DNA of 64,000 bases from an uncultured Chloroflexia bacterium (GCA_963788375.1 CAWBGT010000027.1:1168047-1232046); one strand, 5' to 3'. Counted from the first letter of the stretch, positions 38,559-47,582 are shown. Translations and numbers: made by a program. The notes: a model not told the origin generated them from the letters alone.

Positions 38559-39971
38559 TCAGGACGGGACGCCCGGGGCCGGCCGGACTCCGGTCGCGGG
38601 TCCCGCCAGGTCGAGGCGCTTGACGTCCACCACCTGCCCGGTGAGGTCGGACCGGAGCAGCCGCAGCGTCGCCGCCGCCACGTCGAGAGCGGTCAGCATC
38701 CCGTCCGCCGACTCGGCCGGGAATGCCCTGCGCCGCATCGGGGTGTCGGTCCGCTCGGGGCTCACGGCATTGACGCGGATGCCGTCGGGTGCCCACTCAT
38801 CGGCAAGGCCCTGGGTCATGTTGACGACACCGGCCTTGCTGGCGGAGTAGGGGACGTAGTCGGGCCGGCCCCGGGTGAACGAACTCGAGGCGAAGAGGGT
38901 GACCGAGCCGCGGCTGTCCCGCAGGTACGGGTGGGCGGCGCGTGCGACATTGAGGCTGCCGGTGAGGTTGACGTCGATCACCTCGGCAAATGAGGCGGGC
39001 TCGGTCTCCGCCAGTGGTCCGATGCGCAGGACGCCTGCCGTGCAGACGACATGGTCCAGTCCGCCGAGGCGCTCCGCGGCTGCCCTGACGCTGGCCTCGA
39101 CCGCGGCGTAGTCGCGCACGTCCAGGCCCATCGACGACCCGACCACCTCGGCGCGGCCCCCCTGCTCTGCCGCGAGGTCCGCGATCGCGCGCCCGATGCC
39201 GTTGGTCCCCCCGACGACGAGGATCCGGGCACCGGCCAGCGTGCTGGTTGGCGTCGGGTCGGGGCCCGGCACGAGGATCGACATCTGGAGCATACGGTCC
39301 GCCATGACCATGTCGATCCGGGTGGTGACCTTCATGTTGATCTCGTCGCCGGCCACCGCGACCATCCTGGCGTCGGGCACATAGCGCAGCACGAGGCTGC
39401 AGTCGTCGGTGGCGCCCAGGTCCCCGGCCTGCCCGGCGGCGGCGTAGGCGCGCTTCAGCACGCCGACCAGGAACGTCTGCGGCGTCTGGCCCCTGCGGTA
39501 GCGCCCGCGATCCGGGATCTCCACCACGTCCTCGCCGTCGACGATCACCAGCGTGTCGGCGCTCGGGATCACGGTGTCCGTCGCGTCGGCCCGGCCCGAG
39601 ATGATGGGCTCGATCGCGCGCTGGATCACCTCGAGAGGGAGCAGCGGTCGCACGGCGTCATGGACCAGGACCACGTCGTCGTCCGCCCCGCCCAGGGCGT
39701 CGAGGCCGTTGCGCGTGCTCTCGTTGCGAGTCGCGCCACCCGCGACCACCACCACGTCCATTGTCAGGCCGGCGTCCCCGATGAGACGGCGGGTCTCCTC
39801 GATCCAGGCCGGGTGGGAGACCACGACCAGCCGTTCGATCCGCGCCCCGGCCAGCCGGCGCAGGGTGCGCAGCAGGATCGGGTCACCCGCGAGCCGGACG
39901 AACTGCTTGGGCAGCTCGCCGCCGAACCGGTTGCCGTCGCCACCGGCGAGGACGATGGCGTGGATCTGCAT
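38559..39971 (-). CDS. Cytidylyltransferase (IspD/TarI-like)-SDR reductase fusion, Bcs1-like CDP-ribitol synthase
   Basis: LAGGDGNRFG..PKQF, HDAVRP, QTPQ, TDD, then SDR GGTNGIG and YSASK. Confidence 0.88.
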   Translation of the reverse strand: MQIHAIVLAGGDGNRFGGELPKQFVRLAGDPILLRTLRRLAGARIERLVVVSHPAWIEETRRLIGDAGLTMDVVVVAGGATRNESTRNGLDALGGADDDVVLVHDAVRPLLPLEVIQRAIEPIISGRADATDTVIPSADTLVIVDGEDVVEIPDRGRYRRGQTPQTFLVGVLKRAYAAAGQAGDLGATDDCSLVLRYVPDARMVAVAGDEINMKVTTRIDMVMADRMLQMSILVPGPDPTPTSTLAGARILVVGGTNGIGRAIADLAAEQGGRAEVVGSSMGLDVRDYAAVEASVRAAAERLGGLDHVVCTAGVLRIGPLAETEPASFAEVIDVNLTGSLNVARAAHPYLRDSRGSVTLFASSSFTRGRPDYVPYSASKAGVVNMTQGLADEWAPDGIRVNAVSPERTDTPMRRRAFPAESADGMLTALDVAAATLRLLRSDLTGQVVDVKRLDLAGPATGVRPAPGVPS

Positions 39972-40083
39972 AGGACGAAGCGGCCTCCGGCGAGCTGGGC
40001 GTCGTGTCCCGGACAGGGTAGCCTCCACGCCCGGATCGCGGCGTCCTAGGTACCATGCGCCAGATGTTGTCGCACCGCTGCCC

Positions 40084-41328
40084 GTGAGCCGCCGCCGCGT
40101 CGCGCGCACGTCCCTGACCCGGCTGGGCTTCACGTTTGGACGCCTTGGTCCCGTGCGCCCGAGGGTGGTCCTGGCCACGTCGCACACGCCGGCGTTGACC
40201 GGCAACCTGCGCTTCATCCACGAGGAGCTCGTGGGAAACGTGGCCACCGATCGGGATCTGTCGGTGGTGACGCTGACGCTGCGGCGGGGCGGCCGGGTGC
40301 CGCGGCTCTCGCGCATCTGGAGCACCTTCCTTGCCGGCTACTACCTGGCCTCGTCGCGGGTGACGGTGGTGGACGACTACTTCTTCCCGATGTACGTCAT
40401 CAAGCCCCGCAGGGGGACGACCCGCGTGCAGGTCTGGCATGCGGCGGGGGCGTTCAAGAAGTTCGGGTTCTCCGTGCTGGACAAGGCCTTCGGGGTCGAT
40501 GACGACTTCGTGGCCAAGGTCAGGATCCACTCCAACTACAGCGTGGCGCTCGTCTCGTCGATGTCCATCGCGCCGCATTACGCCGAGGCCTTCGGCCAAC
40601 CCCTGGACATCTTCACCTCGCGGATCGGGGTGCCGCGCACCGACCTGTTCAGCGATCCGGAGCGGAGGACACGTGCCGAGGCCCGGGTCCGGGCAACGTA
40701 CCCGCTGCCGGCCGGCCGCCGCGTGATCCTGTACGCCCCAACGTTCCGGGGCGAGACGGTGGGCAAGGCACGCTACGCGGACCTCATGGACCTCGAGGTC
40801 ATGCACCGGATGCTGGGCGCGGATCACGTCCTCCTGCTCAAGCTGCACCCGTTCGTCCGCGACGCCGTGACCATCCCACCCGAGCTCGCGCAGTTCGCGA
40901 TCGACGCCTCGGCCGACCCCGACGTCAACGAGCTGATGCTCGTGAGCGACGTCCTGGTGACGGACTACTCCAGCGTGATCTACGAGTTCGCGCTGCTGGG
41001 ACGCCCGATCGCGTTCCTCGCCCCCGACGATGGCGCCTATGTCGAGGAACGCGGCTTCTACTTCGACTTCCGTGCCGAGGCACCGGGTCCCATCGTCGAC
41101 ACCACGGAGGACCTGGCGGCCGTGATCCGCGCGAACGCGTTCGACCTCGAGCGGGTGAGGGCGTTCGCCGCAGCGTCCTTTGATGTCACCGAGGGTGGCG
41201 CGACAAGGCGGCTCGTCGACGATGTCATCCTCCCGGCCCTCGCGGGCGTCGAGGTGACCGCCGCATCGCTCGGGGCCAGGCCCGCTTCGGCGCCGCGGTC
41301 GGACGCCACGCAACCCGGAGCCGGCTAG
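40084..41328 (+). CDS. CDP-glycerol/ribitol phosphotransferase (TagB/TagF family)
   Basis: QVWHAAGAFKKFG, GVPRTD, YAPTFRG, KLHP, LVTDYSS; start uncertain. Confidence 0.9.
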   Translation: MSRRRVARTSLTRLGFTFGRLGPVRPRVVLATSHTPALTGNLRFIHEELVGNVATDRDLSVVTLTLRRGGRVPRLSRIWSTFLAGYYLASSRVTVVDDYFFPMYVIKPRRGTTRVQVWHAAGAFKKFGFSVLDKAFGVDDDFVAKVRIHSNYSVALVSSMSIAPHYAEAFGQPLDIFTSRIGVPRTDLFSDPERRTRAEARVRATYPLPAGRRVILYAPTFRGETVGKARYADLMDLEVMHRMLGADHVLLLKLHPFVRDAVTIPPELAQFAIDASADPDVNELMLVSDVLVTDYSSVIYEFALLGRPIAFLAPDDGAYVEERGFYFDFRAEAPGPIVDTTEDLAAVIRANAFDLERVRAFAAASFDVTEGGATRRLVDDVILPALAGVEVTAASLGARPASAPRSDATQPGAG

Positions 41329-42011
41329 GCCTCCGGCGCGTCTGCTTCGCCTGCCGCGGGCACCCTGCGCAGCCGCCAGCCCGCCCAGGCGCAGAACGCT
41401 GCCCCCACGGCGATCCATGCGGTGAGCAGCCCGCCCAGCACGATCCCGCCCAGCACCAGTCCGACGATCTCGCCGATCCGGTCGAACCCATTGACGCGCA
41501 CCGCCAGCTCGTTGACCTGGGTCGTCATCTGCCGGATCTGCTCGGCCATCGCGGTTGCGTCATCGGCGTTCTGGTCGAGGCTGATGGCAAGGGCCTCGGC
41601 ATCTCCCTCGAAGGTCTTGAGCGTCCCGGCGAGGTCCGCCAGCTTGGAGGACGCTCCGGCGAACGGCTGCCTGCCGAGGATGTCGATGTTGAGCGCGCCG
41701 GCCAGGGCGAGCGAGGTGTCCGTGGCGACATTGATGGCGTCCCTGGCATCCGCAAGGGTCTGGCTGGACGTCCTGAGCGTCGTGCCGCCGTTCTCGGTCG
41801 TGATCGCAAGCGACTCCATGGTCGCGGCGAGACGGGTCAGGGAGGCGGCGATCTTCGCCTGGTCGGCCATCAGCCGGTCGTCAAGGTTGCGCGCCGCCAC
41901 CGCGCCGCCGATGAGCGCCGCGGCGACGATGCCGGCCATCAGCACCCCGGCCAGCCCGAACGCCAGCATCCCGGTGCCCAGCCGCCGTCGATCCAGACCC
42001 AGCGTGTCCAC
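41325..42011 (-). CDS. Hypothetical membrane protein (two TM helices flanking a helical domain)
   Basis: N- and C-terminal hydrophobic helices; TACCAT 6 nt before GTG. Confidence 0.7.
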   Translation of the reverse strand: MDTLGLDRRRLGTGMLAFGLAGVLMAGIVAAALIGGAVAARNLDDRLMADQAKIAASLTRLAATMESLAITTENGGTTLRTSSQTLADARDAINVATDTSLALAGALNIDILGRQPFAGASSKLADLAGTLKTFEGDAEALAISLDQNADDATAMAEQIRQMTTQVNELAVRVNGFDRIGEIVGLVLGGIVLGGLLTAWIAVGAAFCAWAGWRLRRVPAAGEADAPEA

Positions 42012-42078
42012 GTCCGGATGGTACGCGCATGGTCGCCCGCGCGACGGGTACCCTCAGCATCCTGAAGAGGAGGTTCTC

Positions 42079-42960
42079 GTGGAGCGCATCGCGTTTGTTG
42101 GGCTGGGCACCATGGGCGCGGCGATGGCCGCCAACCTGCGCCGTGCCGGCTTCGAGCTCACCGTCTGGAACAGGACGCCAGGTCGGGCCACCGCGCTGCT
42201 GGAGCTCGGGGCCAGTGAGGCCTCGACGCCCGCTGCGGCCGCTGCAGCCGCCGACGTGGTGGTGTGCTGCGTCTCGGACACGCCCGACGTCGAGTCCGTC
42301 CTGTTCGGCGCCGATGGCGTCGCGACGGGCCTCGCCTCGGGCGGCCTCGTGATCGACTGCTCGACGATCTCGCCATCGGCCACGGTGGGCTTCGCCGGCC
42401 GGCTCGCAGACGCCGGCATCGCCTTCGTGGACGCGCCGGTCTCGGGCGGGTCGGAGGGCGCCAAGCTGGGGACCCTCACCATCTTCGTGGGTGGCGAGGA
42501 TCAAGCGGTCAAACGGGCTCACCCGGTCCTGGCCGCCATGGGCAAGACGATCACCCACTTCGGGCCTGCGGGTTCGGGCCAGGCCGTGAAGGCCGTCAAC
42601 CAGGTCGTGATCGCGGGCGTCTACCTCGGGGTCGCCGAGGGCATGGTGCTCGCGATGAAGGCCGGCCTGGACCCGGCGACGGTTGCGACGGCGCTGGGCG
42701 GCGGCGTGGCCAAGAGCTGGATCCTGGAGAACCGCAGCGCCAAGATGATCGCCAACGACTATCCGCTTGGGTTCCGCACGTCGCTCCACCTCAAGGACCT
42801 GGCGATCGCGCTCGACCTGGCCCGGTCCCTGGGGGTCGCCCTGCCCGTGTCCGCGCTGGCGGCCCAGCTGGAGGCCGGCCTCGTCGCCCGCGGCCACGGC
42901 GACGAGGACATGTCGAACCTCGCCCGGTCGATCCGCTCGCTGTCGGGTCTCGAGGGGTAG
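42079..42960 (+). CDS. NAD(P)-dependent beta-hydroxyacid dehydrogenase (3-hydroxyisobutyrate/tartronate semialdehyde reductase family)
   Basis: GLGTMG, DAPVSGG, GQAVKAVNQ, KDL; GAGGAGG RBS. Confidence 0.92.
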   Translation: MERIAFVGLGTMGAAMAANLRRAGFELTVWNRTPGRATALLELGASEASTPAAAAAAADVVVCCVSDTPDVESVLFGADGVATGLASGGLVIDCSTISPSATVGFAGRLADAGIAFVDAPVSGGSEGAKLGTLTIFVGGEDQAVKRAHPVLAAMGKTITHFGPAGSGQAVKAVNQVVIAGVYLGVAEGMVLAMKAGLDPATVATALGGGVAKSWILENRSAKMIANDYPLGFRTSLHLKDLAIALDLARSLGVALPVSALAAQLEAGLVARGHGDEDMSNLARSIRSLSGLEG

Positions 42961-43018
42961 CGCGACGGGCAGCCCGTGAAGCCTGCGCGTGACGAGAGGT
43001 CCGCGGAGGACCCCGGGG

Positions 43019-44209
43019 TCAGCTCTCGACCGGTCCCAGCGACGGGGTCAGGAGCAGGGGGTCGCCCAGGCGGTCCGCGTACTTCGGGCGGAACCGGGCC
43101 GTGTCGTACGCGGCCAGCTGGACCCGGCGCGGCGGCTTGGCCGTCTCGGCGAGGGACACGTGCGAGTACTTGCCATCGCGGATGGCGACCATGCGCCCGC
43201 CGATGCCGTCGCGGATGAGGTCCATGGCGGCATTCGCGAACGTCGTCGCGACCATCGAGTCGAGCATGTCGGGCTCGCCGGAGCGCAGGTCGTAGGTCAG
43301 GTCCGACGCGACCGCCTCGATGCCGGTCAGGGCCTTGAGCTCCGACGCCAGCACCTCGCCCACGTTCATCTTGTGGCGGTGTCCGAACGCGTCCGCCTCG
43401 CCGACATCACCGAGCTCGACACCGTTCCAGATCGCACCCTCGGCGGTGATCACGATCGCGTAGCGGCTGGGGTTGTTGCGGTGGTCCTCCTTGACGATCT
43501 CGGCCAGGGCCTTCACGTCATAGGGGAACTCGGGGATCACGCAGCGCGTGGACGTCACGTAGGCCGTGTACAGGGCGGTGAAGCCGGCGTCGCGACCGAA
43601 AATGCGGAACACGCCAATCCGCTCGTGGGATCCGAGCGTCGTGCGCTGGCGGTTGAGGACCTCCTTGGCCCGCGTGATCGCCGACGAGAACCCGATGCAG
43701 TACTCGGTCCCGTTGACGTCGTTGTCCATGGTCTTCGGGATGGCGACCAGCGGCAGGCCCCGCTCGTAGAGGACCGACGAGAAGGACAGGGTGTCGTCCC
43801 CACCGATGGTCACGAGGTTGGTGAGGCCGAGGTGGGCGATCGTGTCCAGGACGTGGTCGGTGAGGTCGTAGACGCCGTCCGAGGTCTGCTTGTTCGCGAT
43901 GGACTTCGGGTCGAGCCATGCCGGCAGGGCGGCGGTGCGCATCTTGCGCGGGTTGGTGCGCGAGGAGTGCAGGATGGTGCCGCCGGTCCGGTCGATCGTC
44001 CTCGTGTTGTTGCGGTCGAGCACCCGCACGTACTGCGGATCCAGCTCGGCCGACCGGCGCTGGTGGGTCAGGCCCTCCCAGCCGCGCCGGATGCCCACGA
44101 CCTCGTAGCCGAGGTCGGTCGCCCGGTAGACGACGCTCTTGATGACCGAGTTGAGGCCGGGGACGTCGCCGCCGCCGGTGAGGATGCCGATTCTCCGAGG
44201 TGCAGCCAT
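43019..44209 (-). CDS. pfkA: 6-phosphofructokinase, PPi-type signature
   Basis: TGGGDVPGLN, GGTIL, GGDDT, PKTMDND, GRDAG. Confidence 0.92.
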   Translation of the reverse strand: MAAPRRIGILTGGGDVPGLNSVIKSVVYRATDLGYEVVGIRRGWEGLTHQRRSAELDPQYVRVLDRNNTRTIDRTGGTILHSSRTNPRKMRTAALPAWLDPKSIANKQTSDGVYDLTDHVLDTIAHLGLTNLVTIGGDDTLSFSSVLYERGLPLVAIPKTMDNDVNGTEYCIGFSSAITRAKEVLNRQRTTLGSHERIGVFRIFGRDAGFTALYTAYVTSTRCVIPEFPYDVKALAEIVKEDHRNNPSRYAIVITAEGAIWNGVELGDVGEADAFGHRHKMNVGEVLASELKALTGIEAVASDLTYDLRSGEPDMLDSMVATTFANAAMDLIRDGIGGRMVAIRDGKYSHVSLAETAKPPRRVQLAAYDTARFRPKYADRLGDPLLLTPSLGPVES

Positions 44210-44371
44210 TGGGGACTCCGCTGGGTCCCGGACGTGATGCTTCCGGGGTGATGGTCGAAGGCGCCGGCGGCGCGCGGTGTGCGCGCTGGAATCCGGGCAC
44301 GTGGTACGCCGGAGACGCGGCGCGGTACACCCGCAATCCTAACCCGGAGGCCGGTCGCTATGATCGCCACC

Positions 44372-44824
44372 ATGAACTACGAGCTGTTCATGGGCGAGGC
44401 ACTGGCCGAGGCACGCCAGGCCGCCGCGCGCGGGGCGCCGCCCGTTGGCGCCGTCGCCGTCATGAACGACGCGATGGTGGCGCGGGGCTCGAACCGGGTC
44501 GCCGAGAGCGCCGACCCCACTGCCCATGCGGTCCTCGCGGCCCTGCGTGAGGCGGCCCGCAAGCTGGGCACTCCGACCCTCGCCGACGTGACGATCTTCA
44601 CCACCATCGAGCCCTGCCCGATGTGCGTGGGCGCGATGCTCGAGTCCGAGGCCGCGGCACTCGTGTACGCGGCACCCAACCCCGTCTGCGGTGCCGCGGG
44701 CACCGTCATCGGGCTGGCCGACGACGACCGGCTCGGCCGGCGTCTCGACGTCGTGTCCGGGATCCGCCGAGCCGAGGCGGAGGAGCTCATGGGCGAGCTG
44801 GACGGGGCGGCATCCGGGGCCTGA
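44372..44824 (+). CDS. tadA: TadA-like deaminase-fold protein lacking the catalytic Glu
   Basis: PVGA, DPTAHAV (normally HAE), EPCPMC; tadA-SRP-dnaX-ybaB-recR synteny. Confidence 0.8.
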   Translation: MNYELFMGEALAEARQAAARGAPPVGAVAVMNDAMVARGSNRVAESADPTAHAVLAALREAARKLGTPTLADVTIFTTIEPCPMCVGAMLESEAAALVYAAPNPVCGAAGTVIGLADDDRLGRRLDVVSGIRRAEAEELMGELDGAASGA

Positions 44825-44890
44825 GCCGGTTCGGACGGCGCCTCATTCGATCCGTGGGCGCCTCGGGGCGCCTTTGCTATCCTTCGCGAC

Positions 44891-44976
44891 GGAGAGGTGT
44901 CCGAGTGGTTGATGGTGCCGCTCTCGAAAAGCGGTCTGCGCAAGCAGCGTGGGTTCGAATCCCACCCTCTCCGCCA
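44891..44976 (+). tRNA. tRNA-Ser(CGA)
   Basis: CCGCT-CT-CGA-AA-AGCGG; long variable arm; CCA. Confidence 0.97.
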
Positions 44977-45033
44977 CCAGACCTGATGACGACCCGACGA
45001 GACACCTCGTCGGGTCTTGCTATGCTCCCGCGT

Positions 45034-45121
45034 GGAGAGGTCGCCTAGTGGCCTAGGGCGCCGCACTGGAAATGCGGTATGGGGCAACCCATCGCGGGTT
45101 CAAATCCCGCCCTCTCCGCCA
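45034..45121 (+). tRNA. tRNA-Ser(GGA)
   Basis: CCGCA-CT-GGA-AA-TGCGG; long variable arm; CCA. Confidence 0.97.
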
Positions 45122-45203
45122 GTCCACCCGGCCCGCCGGGCAGCGTCCGCCCGGGGACGTGCCGCGAGGCGGCCCTCCGCCCGGCCCCTGCTATCATCGC
45201 CCG

Positions 45204-45470
45204 GCCGTGCTAGGCGGGGAACTAGCGGTGCCCTGTACCTGCAATCCGCTCCAGCAGGGCTGAATTCCCTCCCGAGGTCGGCGTTCTCGAGAGCCGACGG
45301 CGTTCGCGACGTTGAGGACCGGGTCCCGCGCAGCGGCGACTCGCGAACCGTGTCAGGTCCGGAAGGAAGCAGCACTCAGCGAAGCTCGCCGGGTGCCGCG
45401 GAACGGCCTGGTCCGAGCCGCGTTCACCGGTGGGCGCGGGAGCGTCCGGATCGACGGAGGGTGCACGGCA
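45204..45470 (+). ncRNA. ffs: Large bacterial SRP RNA (with Alu domain)
   Basis: Helix 8 TCAGGTCCGGAAGGAAGCAGC; 5' GCCGTGC pairs with 3' GCACGGC; Alu-like GCGGTGCCCTGTACCTGCAATCCGC; TATCAT -10 upstream. Confidence 0.93.
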
Positions 45471-45511
45471 CTTTGCACATCGTCGCGCCACGCCCCCCAA
45501 CAGGAGCGCCG

Positions 45512-46777
45512 TTGACCACAGGGACGCCCCACCAGGCCCTCTACCGCCGCTGGCGCGCGCAGACGTTCTCAGAGATCGTCGGCCAGGAGGCGGTGGTCGC
45601 CACGCTCCGCAACGCGGTGGCGACCGACCAGGTCGCGCACGCGATCCTGTTCACGGGACCGCGCGGTACCGGCAAGACCTCACTCGCCCGCATCCTCGCG
45701 AAGGCGATCAACTGCGAGAACCTGCAGGCGGGTGCGGACCCCTGCGACACCTGTCCGTCGTGCGCGGCGATCCGCGAAGGCCGCGCCCTTGACCTGGTCG
45801 AGATCGACGCCGCCTCCAACCGCGGGATCGACGCGATCCGCGAGCTCCGGGAGCGCCTCAACTACGCGCCCACGGACCTCAGGCGCAAGGTCTACATCCT
45901 CGACGAGGCGCACCAGATCACGAAGGACGCCTGGAACGCGCTCCTCAAGTCGCTCGAGGAACCGCCCGACTTCGTGACGTTCATGTTCGCCTCCACCCAC
46001 CCCCAGGGCTTTCCGCCGGCGATCCTCTCGCGGCTCCAGCGGTTCGATGTCCGGCGGCTCACCGTCCCGGAGATCACCGGGAAGCTGGACAGGATTCTGG
46101 CTGCCGACGACCGCGAGGCGGACCCGGAGGCGGTCCGCATCATCGCGGGGCTGGCAGCGGGCGGCATGCGCGACGCCGAGTCGATCCTGGACCAGCTGCT
46201 GTCGTCCACCGGCGGCCGGATCGAGGCGGAGGCCGTCCGCGACCTCCTCGGCCTCGCGGACGCCGAGATGGTGGGCGGTTTTGTCGACGCCCTCACCACC
46301 GGCAACGCGGCCGCTGGGTTCGCCCTGCTCGACCGGCTGGAGGAACGGGGCCGGGACCTGCGGGTCCTCCTCGACCAGGTCGTGGACGCTCTGAGGGGCC
46401 GGCTCATCGCAGGCCTGGCCGCGGGTGACCCCGCCAACCACGCCGACGCCGCGGCTGCGAGGCGGCTCTCCTCCATCGATCCCACCCGCCTGGGCCCGGG
46501 CGGGCTCCGCCTGCAGCTGGAGCTGGCGCTGCTGGAGCCCCCGATCCCGTCACCCGTCTTGCTCGCGGTGGCGGAGGGCCCGTCCCGCCGGACGGTCGCC
46601 GCGCCCGCCTCCTCGTCGGCGCCAACGGCCACCCGGGACGAGGAGCCTGAGCGATCCGCCTGCAGGGAAACCGCCTTCCGCGCGCGAGCCGGCACGCGCG
46701 GACGCGTCGACACGCGGGCCCGACGCAGCGACGCCCGTGGCGCCACCGGAGTCGGCCACGCCCGAGCCCACGCCTGA
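45512..46777 (+). CDS. dnaX: DNA polymerase III gamma/tau, N-terminal clamp-loader part (frame ends in the linker)
   Basis: LYRRWR, GPRGTGKT, Cys cluster, EIDAASN, ILDEAH, LKSLEEPP, GGMRDA; AGGAG RBS before TTG. Confidence 0.93.
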   Translation: MTTGTPHQALYRRWRAQTFSEIVGQEAVVATLRNAVATDQVAHAILFTGPRGTGKTSLARILAKAINCENLQAGADPCDTCPSCAAIREGRALDLVEIDAASNRGIDAIRELRERLNYAPTDLRRKVYILDEAHQITKDAWNALLKSLEEPPDFVTFMFASTHPQGFPPAILSRLQRFDVRRLTVPEITGKLDRILAADDREADPEAVRIIAGLAAGGMRDAESILDQLLSSTGGRIEAEAVRDLLGLADAEMVGGFVDALTTGNAAAGFALLDRLEERGRDLRVLLDQVVDALRGRLIAGLAAGDPANHADAAAARRLSSIDPTRLGPGGLRLQLELALLEPPIPSPVLLAVAEGPSRRTVAAPASSSAPTATRDEEPERSACRETAFRARAGTRGRVDTRARRSDARGATGVGHARAHA

Positions 46778-47177
46778 CACGGCCGCCCTGGCGCCGTCAT
46801 CCGCTTCGGACATGGAGCCCGACGGCGACCTCGACCGGCTTCGCCACGGCTGGGCCGAGGTCCTGGCGGCCGTCAGCGCCCGCCCGTCGCTCAAGGCGAT
46901 CATCAAGGAGTGCCGCCCCGTCGCCGTAGACGGAAATGTCATCACCCTCGGGTTCCCCGAAGAGAAATCGTTCATGCGGGACGTCGCCGACGGCAAGAGG
47001 GCGCAGTTCGAGCCCTACTTCGAGCGGTTCCTGGGCCACCCTGTCGGGATCCGGTGCGTGGTGAGCAACCTGGAGTTGCTGCCGCCCCTGCCCGCGGACC
47101 AGGAGGCCGCCCACATCTTGTCCGAGGCGCATCGGATCTTCGCGGACGATCGCCTCGACGTGCCCGACATCACCTGA
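46650..47177 (+). CDS. DnaX tau-like linker and C-terminal domain, in the +1 frame relative to dnaX
   Basis: Pro/Ala linker then WAEVL...RPVAVDGNVITLGF, resembling tau C-terminal regions; start unresolved (possible ATG at 46812). Confidence 0.7.
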   Translation, partial: SDPPAGKPPSAREPARADASTRGPDAATPVAPPESATPEPTPDTAALAPSSASDMEPDGDLDRLRHGWAEVLAAVSARPSLKAIIKECRPVAVDGNVITLGFPEEKSFMRDVADGKRAQFEPYFERFLGHPVGIRCVVSNLELLPPLPADQEAAHILSEAHRIFADDRLDVPDIT

Positions 47178-47263
47178 TCCCGCTACCAGTCCGTGCATGC
47201 TGGTGGCGCATGGGCGAGACTGGGTGAGACGCACCATCCACCACAGCACGGGAGGGAACCAGC

Positions 47264-47572
47264 ATGGGCATGGGCAACCTGCAGCGCATGGCGATGCAGA
47301 TGCAGCAGGACATGGCGCGCGTCCAGGAGGAGCTCCAGACCGCGACGGTCGAAGGTTCGGCAGGCGGCGGCGCGGTCAAGGCGACGGTCACCGGAAAGCA
47401 GGAGCTGGTCGAGCTCGCGATCGATCCGTCAGCGGTGGACCCTGGCGATGTCGAGATGCTCCAGGACCTCGTCATGGCCGCCGTCAACGACGCCCTCAAG
47501 GCGTCGCAGGAGCTCGCGGAACAGAAGATGGGCGCAGTCACCGCCGGCCTGCGCATCCCCGGCATCGGCTGA
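47264..47572 (+). CDS. ybaB: YbaB/EbfC nucleoid-associated protein
   Basis: EGSAGGGAV, DVEMLQDLVMAAVNDA; between dnaX and recR. Confidence 0.95.
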   Translation: MGMGNLQRMAMQMQQDMARVQEELQTATVEGSAGGGAVKATVTGKQELVELAIDPSAVDPGDVEMLQDLVMAAVNDALKASQELAEQKMGAVTAGLRIPGIG

Positions 47573-47582
47573 TCGCCCGCCA

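Noticed and set aside
39553-40325. Long overlapping N-terminal extensions of the divergent TagB/TagF-family and TarI-SDR ORFs in the ORF track
   Set aside because: Recognisable homology starts near 40084 (+) and at 39971 (-); the extensions are open-frame artefacts
46665-46671. GGGAAAC as a classical -1 slippery heptamer for dnaX
   Set aside because: Its G-GGA-AAC phasing is in the third frame, which is closed by TGA at 46648. The dnaX frame needs +1 or -2 to reach the tau frame
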